64,000 nt of DNA from an uncultured Bacillota bacterium (GTDB lineage: Bacteria; Bacillota; DTU025; MWDF01), in NCBI GenBank assembly GCA_963823655.1, contig CAWGMK010000010.1:320001-384000 (forward strand). Reading direction: 5' to 3'. A model generated the notes under the pieces. That model saw nothing but the letters and a program-made list of their open reading frames with translations, did no database searches and was not told the DNA's origin. Positions 36,684 through 47,027 of this stretch are shown one piece after another. The position numbers were made by a program, and so were the translations under genes. Numbering within the stretch: position 1 is the stretch's first letter; each line of letters begins with the position of its first letter.

Positions 36684-38124
36684 ATGGAGTTCAAGTTAAG
36701 AGACGGCAGAACGATACCGGTAGAGATGCACAAGACTAAAGTAGTCCAGACGATAAACCTTCTTTCCCCGGACAAGCGCCTTGCCTCGATCAGGGAGGGC
36801 GGATTTCAACACCTTCCTTCTTAGAAGCGGCGATGTCTTCCTCGATATGCTCACCGACAGCGGCACAAATGCCGTCAGCGACTGCCAGCAGGGCGCAACA
36901 ATGTGCTCAGACGACGCCTACGCGGGCTCCGAGAGCTTCTACAGGCTTATGGATGCCGTCAAGCAGGTATGGGGCAAGGATTTCGTCCTGCCTGTCCATC
37001 AGGGAAGGGCGGCCGAGCACATACTAGCAAGGTTCTTCGTCAAACCCGGATCGTTCCTGCCCATGAACTACCATTTCACGACCACCAAAGCCCACTTCAT
37101 GATGCAAGGGGGCACGGTGCTTGAGCTTTTCAAGAAGGGTGCACTCGACATCGACAGCGATGAGCCATTTAAAGGCGATATCGACATAGAAGAAGTCGAG
37201 AAGGTTATCAAGGAAAAAGGCGCAGCGAATGTGCCGTTCGTCAGGATGGAGGCCACAACGAACCTAATTGGGGGCCAGCCGTTCTCCCTTGCCAACCTCA
37301 AAGCGCTCAGGAAGATGCTCGACAAATACGGTATACCGATAATGCTGGACGCAAGCCTAGTGTCTGAGAATGCCTTCATGATCTGGAAGAGGGACAAGAG
37401 TGCAGCAGGCATGAGCGTTGGCGAGATCTTGAAGACGATGATGGACCTTAGCGACATAGTCTACCTTTCCGCAAGGAAGAGCTGCGCCGGGCGCGGCGGC
37501 ATGATAATCACCAACAGGAAGGACTTCTATGACGGAATAGCACCCATGATACCGGTATACGAAGGCTTCCTTACATACGGCGGCATGTCTTCCAGGGAGA
37601 TAGAGGGCATCGCAGTTGGCATACGCGAAATGGTGGAGCCGGAAGTAGCAGGGTCTTCAGTAGAGATGATCCGTTTCGGGGTCGAGAAACTAAGGAAGAA
37701 CCGCATACCGGTTATCACTCCGGGCGGCGGCCTGGGCATACACCTTGACGCGAGAGCATTCCTGCCTCATATCAGCTGGAACCAGTACCCGGCCGGCTGC
37801 CTGGCAGCGGCCATGTACATCGCGTCCGGAGTAAGGGGAATGGAGCGCGGCAGCATATCGATGGACAGGACCCCGGAGGGCGATGAAGTCCCGGCCGACG
37901 TGGAGTTGCTAAGGCTTGCCGTTCCCAGAAGGGTTTTCAGCTCATCGCATATCGAATACATGACAGACATGGCAATTTGGCTGTTCGAGCACAGGCATCT
38001 TGTAGGAGGCCTGAAGTTCGTACAGGAGCCGCCGGTGCTGCGCTTCTTCATGGGAAGGCTCGCGCCTGTGGACGATTGGGACAGCAGGCTGCTTGAAGCT
38101 GTGAAGGCCGATTTCGGCGCCTAA
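36684..38124 (+). CDS. tpl: Tyrosine phenol-lyase/tryptophanase family beta-eliminating lyase (TPL-type residues); frameshift near 36805
   Basis: DMLTDSGT, DDAYAGS, HQGRAAE, HFTTT, SARK, ERGSISMDR, RLAVPRR and LRFF. Confidence 0.8.
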
Positions 38125-38156
38125 GCCATAAGTAATCGACAGGAGTGAAGTGAAAG

Positions 38157-38197
38157 AAAAAGGCTGCCCGTAAAGCAAATCCTTGCGGGCAGCCTTT
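38157..38197. terminator. Bidirectional terminator
   Basis: aaaaggctgcccg...cgggcagccttt. Confidence 0.8.
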
Positions 38198-38216
38198 GAT
38201 TCTAAGTTGCGGTAGC

Positions 38217-39264
38217 CTACAATATTTCGCAGGTTTCGCAGGTCCTTTTTATTACATCTACACCTATCAGGCTGATGTCTGGAGCCATGAAGCCTTCCTT
38301 CACCGGCTCCGGCCTCATAAGATCGGTGCTCAAATACTTCTTGTTGTCATCCGAGAAGATGGTGACCACTTTCGCGTCCTTGCCGAGCTTCTCTTGCGCT
38401 ACCAGGGCCCCGAGGAAGTTCGCGCCGGAGGAAATGCCAACCGCAAGGCCGAGCTCGCGGGCCAGCTTCTGCGCCATTATGATCGAATCGCCGTCGTCGA
38501 CAGCGATGACTTCGTCAATCTCCCCCACTTCCAGTATCGGCGGGATGAACTCGTCCGATATGCCCTGTATGCGGTGCTTGCCGACTTTATAGCCGGTGGA
38601 TATTGTGGGCGAGTTGGACGGTTCGAGCGGATACAGCTTCACTTTCGGGTTCTGGCTGCGCAGGAACCTGCCGGTGCCCATTATCGTGCCGCCTGTTCCG
38701 ACTCCGGCCACGAAGGCATCCGGGAACCAAGCCCCTTGATTGCATCTGGAACCATATCTCAGGCCCCGTATGCAGAAAGTGGGCTTCGCAGTTGTCAGTG
38801 TTGGAGAACTGGTGAGGAAGGAAGGCGTCGCCCACCTTTTCGGCGAGCTTGTCCGCGCCTGCTATGCTTCCAAGGAAGCCGCCCTGCTCTTTGCTGATGA
38901 GAACGATATCGGCTCCGAGGCTGCCTATAAGGTTCTTCCTTTCGGAGCTCATCCAGTCCGGCATGAATATCGTTACGGGATGCCCGAGGGCGCGACCGAT
39001 CGCCGAGAAGGATATGCCGGTGTTGCCGCTCGTCGCCTCGATTATCATGTATCCAGGTTTCAAAGCCCCCGTCTTGTAGGCCTTGCTTATTACGTGGATG
39101 GCCATGCGGTCTTTGATGCTGCCGGTCATGTTGAGGTTTTCGGATTTGGCATAGATGGTCCTTTTGCTGCCTTTGTAGAGAAAATCGATTGCAAGAAGGG
39201 GAGTATTTCCTATGTAAGCTGAGAGATTTTCCATGACAGTGCTAGTAACGACTCCGTGTCCCAT
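38217..39264 (-). CDS. cysK: PLP-dependent cysteine synthase family protein; frameshift near 38722
   Basis: [34 protein letters not shown] and GISSGAN. Confidence 0.88.
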
Positions 39265-39333
39265 CTTAGTCACCCCTTACAAATAGAGAATACGCTATGT
39301 ATAAAGGATACCATTACCGGCGATAAATTTCCT

Positions 39334-40549
39334 TCACAAGCCTTTGGCTACGCTTATGCCGGCAGTAAGGGGGTTAACCATATTCGATATTATCCCCGTG
39401 GAATATATGACGGAGGCCCTCCTTATTGATGCAGAGCCGAACCTTGCAGCCATATTGTCCATGACGCCGCGGATCCTGCCGCCCAGGTCTGACTCCACAT
39501 CGAGAGGAAGCCTCATCTGGATCTCCCTGGTAAGGCCGGATACTCCTGCTCCCACCAGGCGGACCCTCCTTCCGGGCGAGTAGACACGGGCATATAGGTG
39601 CATCAGGGAATCCATGATATGGTCGGTGAGCGTCATGTCGTAGCCGATCGTAAAGGAGCCCCCGACGTCCTTGAAATCGTCGTATCTCAGGTGCAGGTGG
39701 GCTACCCTTGCCGCCATCTTCTCTCCGGCGAGCCTGCCTGCGAGGCCGTCCGCTATCATCAAGGATATGGGCCTTTATTACATCCTCATCCGTAGTATCC
39801 TGCATGAGGGTAAAATCATTGCTCATGGACCTCATCTTAATGGGCACGCCCCAGCCATAGGAGGGCTCCCTGCCCTCTATCGAATCGTAGAGCCAGTCGG
39901 CCCTGACGCCCATCAAAGGCCGCAGCAGCTCCCTTGGAAAGGCCCTAAGCTCGCCTAATGTATGCACACCGCGCTTTGCAAGCAGTGCGGAAGTCCTGTA
40001 ACCTATGCCGGGCAGGTCGTCCACCGGCAGGCGGTCTATCTCCTGGCTTATCCTGTCAGGGTTTATCACTTTGAGCCCGTCCGGCTTGCCCATATCGGAT
40101 GCAAGCTTTGCCAACACCCTGGTATCCGCAACGCCCGCCGTAACCGTTATGCCGAGGCTCTTCTTCGTCCATGCCCTGAAATCGCCGGCGATGTATACCG
40201 CGCGGTCGTACCCCTCGGGGCAGCTAATGTGGAATTCATCTATGGAGCAGGGATGCACGTACTGGCCGTAGGTAACAAGCTTCTCATGCAGCTTCCTGCT
40301 GAAATCCAGGTAGATGTGGGGCTTGCCGCGGATGAAGTAGCCGTTTGGCATGAGCCTCTTGGCTTCGAAATAGGGCATGCCGGCGGTTATGCCGTACTTC
40401 TTGGCCTCTCTGGACCTTGCTGTTACGACGCCTTTCTGCGTGGATTCCAAGGATCCCACGACGGCCACGGGCTTGCCCTTCAATGAGGGGTTTATCGCCT
40501 GTTCGCAGCTGGCGAAGAAGGAATCGCAATCTATGAACATCTCAGGCAT
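39334..40549 (-). CDS. dinB: Y-family DNA polymerase (DinB/PolY-like); frameshift near 39763
   Basis: FIDCDSFFAS, SREAKKYGI, SIDE, LAKLASDMGKPDG and LPGIG; tail MAARFGSASIRRAS. Confidence 0.9.
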
Positions 40550-40564
40550 TGTGATCACCCCTTC

Positions 40565-40831
40565 CTAGCTGTATGTGCTTCCGTCGGGCATATGCACTCT
40601 GAGAAGGCGCCAGGTCAGGGTCTCGCTGGAAAGCTCCAGCTCATATACGTCAGGACCGTCGGAAAGGACCGCGAAATGGTGCTCTATCACGGCGCCGGCC
40701 CTTTTGGCCCAGCGGGCGGTTATCGTGCTCACTTTGTAAGTCCTACCGCCCCAGAGGAAGGCCAAAGGAGATATGGCTCCCTTGGAAAACCGGGCTGTAA
40801 CAGCTATTGCGCATGGAAGTCCTCCGCTCAT
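40565..40831 (-). CDS. Small beta-rich protein (DUF6504-like) cotranscribed with the polymerase
   Basis: PLAFLWGGRTYKVSTITARW...HHFAV...YELEL...WRLLRV; AGGAG RBS. Confidence 0.65.
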   Translation of the reverse strand: MSGGLPCAIAVTARFSKGAISPLAFLWGGRTYKVSTITARWAKRAGAVIEHHFAVLSDGPDVYELELSSETLTWRLLRVHMPDGSTYS

Positions 40832-40844
40832 GGCCAACTCCTAC

Positions 40845-40858
40845 CGAACATATGTTCG
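40845..40858. promoter_or_regulatory. LexA (SOS/Cheo) box
   Basis: Perfect palindrome CGAACATATGTTCG = GAAC-N4-GTTC, directly upstream of the RBS. Confidence 0.92.
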
Positions 40859-40996
40859 ATTCGAATCTACCATATCGGGGCCTCCGGGGCAACAGCTTCG
40901 CACGAAAAAAGAGGGCGGCCTGCGCCGCCCCCACAAATGAAATGCCGTATCAATGAACTGTGAACTAAGAAGAGAGTATTCCCTGTCGGGCGCAGA

Positions 40997-41617
40997 TCAG
41001 AACTTCAGCCCCGCCCCGAGGCTTACGAAGCCGTCCCGCCTCAGATAGTCCATGCTTGCGAAGATGATAAGGGGACCGACCGGATTATACCTCACCATCA
41101 GCCCGCCGTTTACGAATACATCCCTAAATGTGTAGGAAACGTTGCCGTCTATCTCCAGCTTTCCGGACAGCAACGAAAGGAAGGCCTGGGCCCCTATATT
41201 GAAATCGACCTTGCCGGAGGTGTTCCCGAAGGAAACGTTACCGTAGCTCATTCCAGCTGTGGGCCCGAAGCCGAAGTAGGTGCCCTCCTTGTCGTATTTC
41301 AACAGGTCGTAGTCCACGCCGGCCCTTGCAGTAAGGGAGATGACCGGCGGCGGTACGGGCTCCATCTCCTCGGGCAGCGCTTCAACGCCTCCGTATCCGA
41401 TGTACGATGCCATATTGACCCTTACGCCCGGCATCGCCCCAAGGCTTAGGAAAATCGAGCCCTTCAAGTTCTCCTGCCAGTTGGGGGCAACCCAGAGAGG
41501 GTCAGATGAGAAGGACCTGTAAGAGGCGCCGAGGCCGATATAACTCGATGCGGATGCCGATAACGCGGCCCCCAGGACCATTATGACGATTGCAGGAAGC
41601 AACAAATGGCGTTTCAT
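40997..41617 (-). CDS. Exported protein, probable small outer-membrane beta-barrel
   Basis: Signal peptide, alternating Gly/aromatic strands, C-terminal SLGAGLKF. Confidence 0.6.
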   Translation of the reverse strand: MKRHLLLPAIVIMVLGAALSASASSYIGLGASYRSFSSDPLWVAPNWQENLKGSIFLSLGAMPGVRVNMASYIGYGGVEALPEEMEPVPPPVISLTARAGVDYDLLKYDKEGTYFGFGPTAGMSYGNVSFGNTSGKVDFNIGAQAFLSLLSGKLEIDGNVSYTFRDVFVNGGLMVRYNPVGPLIIFASMDYLRRDGFVSLGAGLKF

Positions 41618-41903
41618 TTCTATTCCCCCTAAAAACACTCTGCTTATGGATAATACTACGGTAAGTCCCGGATACCTCTATTGCCCGATATGTCGGGCTT
41701 ATTATTTGGCATCGTGTGAGTAGGAGCAGCCCTTTTGCCGAGCTCTTACCGCTGCATGTCCGGTTTGCGCTTCTCAGCGCCTGAATATAGTACAAGTATT
41801 GTGCCCGCTTTTCGGTCTAATACTAGCAAAGTAGCCATTTACTAGGTATATTTATATTGCGTACGGCAGAATCTGAGCTAAGCCTGAAGGGGGGCAGACA
41901 GGT

Positions 41904-42749
41904 ATGATCAAGATCACCGCCGATAGCACATGCGATCTCTCTGCCGAAATCATAAAAGAAATGGATGTCAGCCTTGCGGCCCTGCACGTGATAGTCGACG
42001 ATAAAGACTACCTAGATGGCGTCGACATAACGCCCGCGGACATTTTCCGCTTCGTCGACGAAGAGGGCAAAACATGCAAGACCTCTGCCATGAATGTGTA
42101 CGAGTATGAGAGCTTCTTCTCGAAATTCGCCGACCAATACGATGCAGTCATACATATAAACATAGGATCGGGCTTTTCGGCCTGCCATCAGAACGCGACT
42201 ATTGCGGCGGCCGGTTTCAAGAACGTACATGTCGTAGATTCCAAGAACCTCTCCAGCGGAAGCGGCCACCTGGTCTGCGATGCCGCGAGCATGGCGAAAA
42301 AAGGCATGAAGGCAGAGGAGATCTGCCGCAAGCTTGAAGAAACGGCGCCTAAGATCGACGCAAGTTTCGTAATAGAGCACCTTGATTACCTGTATAAGGG
42401 CGGGCGCTGCTCGGGCCTTGAAGTCATAGGGGCCAACCTTCTGAAGATTAGGCCGTGCATAGAGGTCAACAAGGGTAAGATGGGCGTCGGCAAGAAATAC
42501 AGGGGAAGCTTCGAGCGCTGTTTGGAGCAGTATGTGGAGGACAAGCTTTCCGGCAGGCAAGTCGACCGAAGCCGGGTCTTCATAACCCATTCCTCATGCC
42601 CGGAAGGGACAGTGGAGAAGGTGAAGGCGGCCATCAGGCGCTTTGCCGACTTCGACGAGATAATCGAGACGAATGCCGGATGCACCATATCCAGCCACTG
42701 CGGCCCCAACACCCTGGGGATACTGTTCAAGCATGCCAACGGGGCATAG
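41904..42749 (+). CDS. DegV/FakB fatty-acid-binding protein
   Basis: ADSTCDL, KTS, VVDSKNLS, LYKGGR and SHCGP. Confidence 0.93.
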   Translation: MIKITADSTCDLSAEIIKEMDVSLAALHVIVDDKDYLDGVDITPADIFRFVDEEGKTCKTSAMNVYEYESFFSKFADQYDAVIHINIGSGFSACHQNATIAAAGFKNVHVVDSKNLSSGSGHLVCDAASMAKKGMKAEEICRKLEETAPKIDASFVIEHLDYLYKGGRCSGLEVIGANLLKIRPCIEVNKGKMGVGKKYRGSFERCLEQYVEDKLSGRQVDRSRVFITHSSCPEGTVEKVKAAIRRFADFDEIIETNAGCTISSHCGPNTLGILFKHANGA

Positions 42750-42894
42750 GATAGGAAATATCCGCAATTCAAATGCCACTTAAGCTCATATATGATCGCA
42801 AGCGGCCGCCCTTGGCCCCCATCGGGAGAAAAGGGCGGCCGCTTGCTGTATAATTGACCTGATTAATCAGTCGCAAAGGATTTCGAGGTGGAAG

Positions 42895-43834
42895 ATGTCC
42901 AGATCGGCCGAATGGAAGCTTTTTGCAGCAAGTATACTCTTCGGTGCCATAGGCACCTTTTCGGCGCTTCTAAGAAACGAGGGGGTCTCCTCGCTCGTAC
43001 AGACGTCTTTCAGGACGTTCGGCACATCCCTGGCCCTGATACTCTATTACATCGCAATACGGAAAAAGCCCGCCAATCCCGGCAAGCATTCATGGTATTT
43101 CCTCGCGTATGGGCTTTTCGCTTTCGTGGGCATGTTCATAGGCTACACATCATCTGATTGCCATGGGGACGCCGATTACGGTCGTTACGCTGCTTAGTAA
43201 ACCTGCAGCCGGTATATGTGCTCATAATGGCAGCGACCTTGCTCAAGGAGAAGAGTCGACATCACGAAGACGCTGCCGGTCGCAGTATCCCTGATCGGGG
43301 TGGCGATCCTGGTTGGAGGCTGGAGGATGCAGGGCGAGGTGCAGGTAGTAGGCGCGCTTTTCGCCGTCATGAACGGCCTCTGCTATGCCCTTTACCTGTT
43401 CATGACGAAGAAGCTGAGGGCAGGCAGCGGCATGGAGCCTACCGACATACTCCTTCTGGGGCTACATTGCAGCCTCCGCTGCGATGCCATTTGTATTGCT
43501 GATCATGCCCGCCCTGGTAAAAGACCCGGTGCTTACATCCTTGAAGCTTGATCTTACGCTTGCCTCCTCGCTCTATCTTGCCGGGCTTACGCTCTGCTGC
43601 ACGTTGCTGCCGTACCTTCTGATAACCCAAAGCCTGGGCAAGGTGGAGCTTTCGAGGGCGTCGCTGAGCCTTTTGATGGAGCCGGTTGTAGCAATCCTGA
43701 TTGGTTCGTTAGTATTAAGAGAACCTGTTCACATCTACCAAGTGGCGGGCGGCAGCCTTATACTATTGGCCGTGATACTGATAAATCTGCCCAGGGAGAC
43801 ATTCCTGAGGTTGCTCGTAGGAAGGGCAAAATAA
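42895..43834 (+). CDS. DMT/EamA family transporter; about 4 frameshifts (near 43156, 43196, 43254, 43453)
   Basis: Joined frames give about 10 hydrophobic helices with LQPVYV..KEK and MEPVVAILIGSLVLREP. Confidence 0.75.
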
Positions 43835-43845
43835 CTGTGGAGGAC

Positions 43846-44683
43846 ATGATGGGAAGCGAAGCAAAAGTAGTTCTAATAACAGGGGCGACATCCGGATTCG
43901 GGAAGGCTACGGCACTTCATCTTGCAGGCATTGGATATAAAGTATATGGTTTCGGGCGCTCTGTTGATGAGAGCAAAGTGGAAGCGGGCGGAAACCTCAC
44001 GATGATGAGGATGGACGTCAATGATTCTGCGTCGGTAAAAGAAGCAGTCGATGCAGTCATCGCGGCCGAAGGAAGGATAGATGTGCTGCTGAGCGCCGCC
44101 GGGCTCGGATTTCGGAGGCGCGGTGGAGGACGCATCCATTGCGGAAGCCAAGGCCATTTTCGAGACGAACTTCTTCGGTTCGTTGAGAGTCTGTAAAGCG
44201 GTCCTGCCTCAGATGAGAAGCCAGAAGTCGGGATTGATAATGCTTGTAAGCTCGGTGGCGGGGGTTTTCGGGGTGCCTTTCCAGGGCGTTTACAGCTCAA
44301 CGAAGTTCGCGATCGAGGGAATTGCCGATTCCATGTCCATGGAGGTCAGGCAATTCGGCGTGGATGTAGTCATACTCGAGCCGGGAGATTTCAATACAGG
44401 ATTTACTGCCAACAGGGTGAAGGCCGCAGCCGCAGAGACGGAGGATTCGCCTTACAGGAAGGCATATCTCAAGGCCCTGAAGAATATCGAGAAGGATGAA
44501 GCCTCAGGGCATACGGCCGATTACCTTGCCGTGGCCGTGGCGAGGATAATCAAGTCCAAATACAGAAGGCTCAGATACGTAATAGGCAGCCCATTGGAGA
44601 AGCTGGCCATCGTCCTCAAGAGGACCCTGCCGTCCAGATTTTTCGAAGGTCTGCTGTATTGGTACTATATGATGTCCAGATAA
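43846..44683 (+). CDS. SDR family oxidoreductase; frameshift near 44111
   Basis: TGATSGFG, ETNFFG, SS and YSSTK catalytic motif. Confidence 0.9.
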
Positions 44684-44700
44684 AAACGGAGGCGCTTATT

Positions 44701-45981
44701 ATGTCCAGCGATATTTCTGCCAAATACTCCAAATACATATTCCCCACCCTGAAGACCCTCTATGAAGAGCCTATAGTCATGGTAAGGGGCGAGGGGCACT
44801 ACCTGTTCGACGAAGAGGGCAAGAGATACCTCGATTTCTTCGGAGGGATACTCACCTGCGGCATAGGGCATGCCAATCCGAAAGTGGCGGACGCGGTATC
44901 GAAGCAGGCCCACACGCTGCAGCACTGCTCGACTATCTACATCATTCCGGGCCAGGTCGAACTGGCTGAGAGGCTAATGGGGATAGTGCCGGAAGGCATA
45001 GGAAAGTTCACCTTCACCAGCAGCGGGACCGAGGCGATCGAGGCGGCGATAATGATGGCCCAGATAGCCACCGGCAACGATGAGGTAATTGCGCTCAGGC
45101 ACTCCTATTCAGGAAGGAGCAAGCTGGCAATAGAGCTCACCGCCCTTCACAACTGGAAACAGGGGATGGCACCTTCCGGAAACGTAAAGTACACGCACAA
45201 CGGTTACTGCTACAGGTGCGCCTTCGGGCTTAAGTACCCCTCGTGCGGCATGAGGTGCGCATACGACCTGGAGGAGCTGATTAAGACCTCTACAAAAGGC
45301 AGGATAGCAGCATTGATAGCGGAGCCCATACAGGGTGTGGGCGGCGCGATCACGCCGCCTTTGGAGTTCTTCCCGATAGTGGCCGATATTACAAGGAAGT
45401 ACGGCGGCATCTTCATATCCGATGAGGTGCAGACGGGCTTCGGCAGGACCGGAGGCAAGTGGTTCGGAATAGAGCACTGGGGTGTCAAGCCCGACGCCAT
45501 GACGGCGGCAAAGCAGATGGCCTCAGGATCTCCGATCGGGGCCCTTATGGCCAAGCCGGAGTTCGCAGAGAAGTGGACCTCGCCGTCGATTTCGACCTTC
45601 GGCGGCAATCCGGTAACCATGGCGGCAGCGTGCGCCACTATAGATTTCATGAAAGAGAACGATACAAAATCGAATGCCGAAGCGATGGGCAGTCGCTTCA
45701 TGAACGGCCTACTTGAGCTCAAAGAGAAGCACAGATGCATGGGCGATGTCAGGGGAAAAGGCCTTATGCTGGGCATAGAATTTGTGAAAGAGGGCAAGGA
45801 ACCGGCCCCGTCGCTGCTTCTTAAGATCATGGAGGCGACCAAGAAGAGAAGGCTGCTCGTAGGAAAAGGCGGGCTTTACGGCAACGTAATGAGGCTAGCT
45901 CCTCATATGACGGTGACAGCCACCGAAGTGGACACCGCAGTATCGGTCCTTGACGAGGCGATAGCGGAAGCGACCAAGTAG
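44701..45981 (+). CDS. Class-III PLP aminotransferase (AGXT2/GabT-like)
   Basis: YLDFFGGI, SGTEA, EPIQGVGG, DEVQTGFGRTG, AK and TFGGNP. Confidence 0.92.
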   Translation: MSSDISAKYSKYIFPTLKTLYEEPIVMVRGEGHYLFDEEGKRYLDFFGGILTCGIGHANPKVADAVSKQAHTLQHCSTIYIIPGQVELAERLMGIVPEGIGKFTFTSSGTEAIEAAIMMAQIATGNDEVIALRHSYSGRSKLAIELTALHNWKQGMAPSGNVKYTHNGYCYRCAFGLKYPSCGMRCAYDLEELIKTSTKGRIAALIAEPIQGVGGAITPPLEFFPIVADITRKYGGIFISDEVQTGFGRTGGKWFGIEHWGVKPDAMTAAKQMASGSPIGALMAKPEFAEKWTSPSISTFGGNPVTMAAACATIDFMKENDTKSNAEAMGSRFMNGLLELKEKHRCMGDVRGKGLMLGIEFVKEGKEPAPSLLLKIMEATKKRRLLVGKGGLYGNVMRLAPHMTVTATEVDTAVSVLDEAIAEATK

Positions 45982-46109
45982 ACAAGGTTCAATCTAATTA
46001 GGGAGATTATGCCGCGCTTTGTGCTTAACGCACAGAACGCGGCATATCTTTACAATTGAGCTAATTCGGTATATTGTTTATATAAAAGCAAACGATTAAG
46101 GAGAAAGCG

Positions 46110-46847
46110 ATGCAACTTCCATCGGTGTTCTGGAATGCCGGACATGAAGATATGATGAGGGGCTACTCGTCGATAGACGGTATGCTCATGTGCCTTGTAT
46201 GCTGCAAGAGCTTCCCTGAATCCGAGGAAGACGCAATAAAAGTCCACATCAAAGAAGAGCACGGCGATATGTTCGAGCTTCTTATGGGGCTCGATGCCGC
46301 AGAGAACGGGCTTACTTCAAACCAGGAGGCGGTACTGAGGCTCATCAGGCAGGGGAAGTCGGACGGCGAGATCGTGGCGGCGGGGCTATTCGGCGCTACT
46401 TCCACAGTCAGGGGCTACAGGCTGGCGCTAAGGGAGAAGGAGAGGCGTGCGAAAGTCTTTCTGGCGATATCATGCCTTCTGCACGAGGGCGATTATAGAA
46501 AGAGGCGTCCGGGCAGGAAGCCTAGCAAGGGGTGGAGCATAATGGACGAAAGGTTCGACATAACCGAGGAGGAACGCAAAAAGGCGCTGAAGACGTACTT
46601 CGACGAGGAGAAGGGCATATTGAAGCAGTTCCCTTCAAAAGAGAAGTACAAGATAGTAATCCTGGACAGGCTGGCAGAGATGTTCGAGAAGGGGCGCACC
46701 TACAAGGAGCAGGAGATAAACCAGATATTGTTCAGGGCGTTCAACGATATCTCGACTCTGAGGCGCTATCTAATAGAGTACAAACACCTGGCCAGGGTCG
46801 CCGACGGTTCGGCCTACTGGCGCACCGATCCGTGGCATAAGGAATAA
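46110..46847 (+). CDS. DUF2087-domain protein with CxxC and HTH-like segment
   Basis: CLVC; C-terminal FPSKEK..YKEQEIN..DISTLRRYLIEY..R..DGSAYW. Confidence 0.85.
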   Translation: MQLPSVFWNAGHEDMMRGYSSIDGMLMCLVCCKSFPESEEDAIKVHIKEEHGDMFELLMGLDAAENGLTSNQEAVLRLIRQGKSDGEIVAAGLFGATSTVRGYRLALREKERRAKVFLAISCLLHEGDYRKRRPGRKPSKGWSIMDERFDITEEERKKALKTYFDEEKGILKQFPSKEKYKIVILDRLAEMFEKGRTYKEQEINQILFRAFNDISTLRRYLIEYKHLARVADGSAYWRTDPWHKE

Positions 46848-46963
46848 TCCGGGCAATATACGAAAACAAGCCGATCGGGGTCTGCCTTCTTTATAGGCAG
46901 ACCCTTTTACATGCCTCTATTTTTCCGTGAGTATGAATTATTAATGAATATTACGTATATATA

Positions 46964-46993
46964 TTGACAAGTAACAGAATAATTATTCATAAT
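46964..46993 (+). promoter_or_regulatory. Sigma-A promoter with overlapping palindrome
   Basis: TTGACA-N18-CATAAT; GAATAATTATTC at 46977-46988. Confidence 0.55.
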
Positions 46994-47027
46994 AGCGACA
47001 TACACTTTTACTTGAGGAGGAAGACGC

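Noticed and set aside
41640-41900. Riboswitch in the leader of the barrel-like gene
   Set aside because: Small hairpins are present but I could not match any known aptamer consensus by eye.
23930-44115. Programmed ribosomal frameshifting at the split genes
   Set aside because: No shared slippery sequence or stimulatory structure, and the affected families are not known to be recoded.
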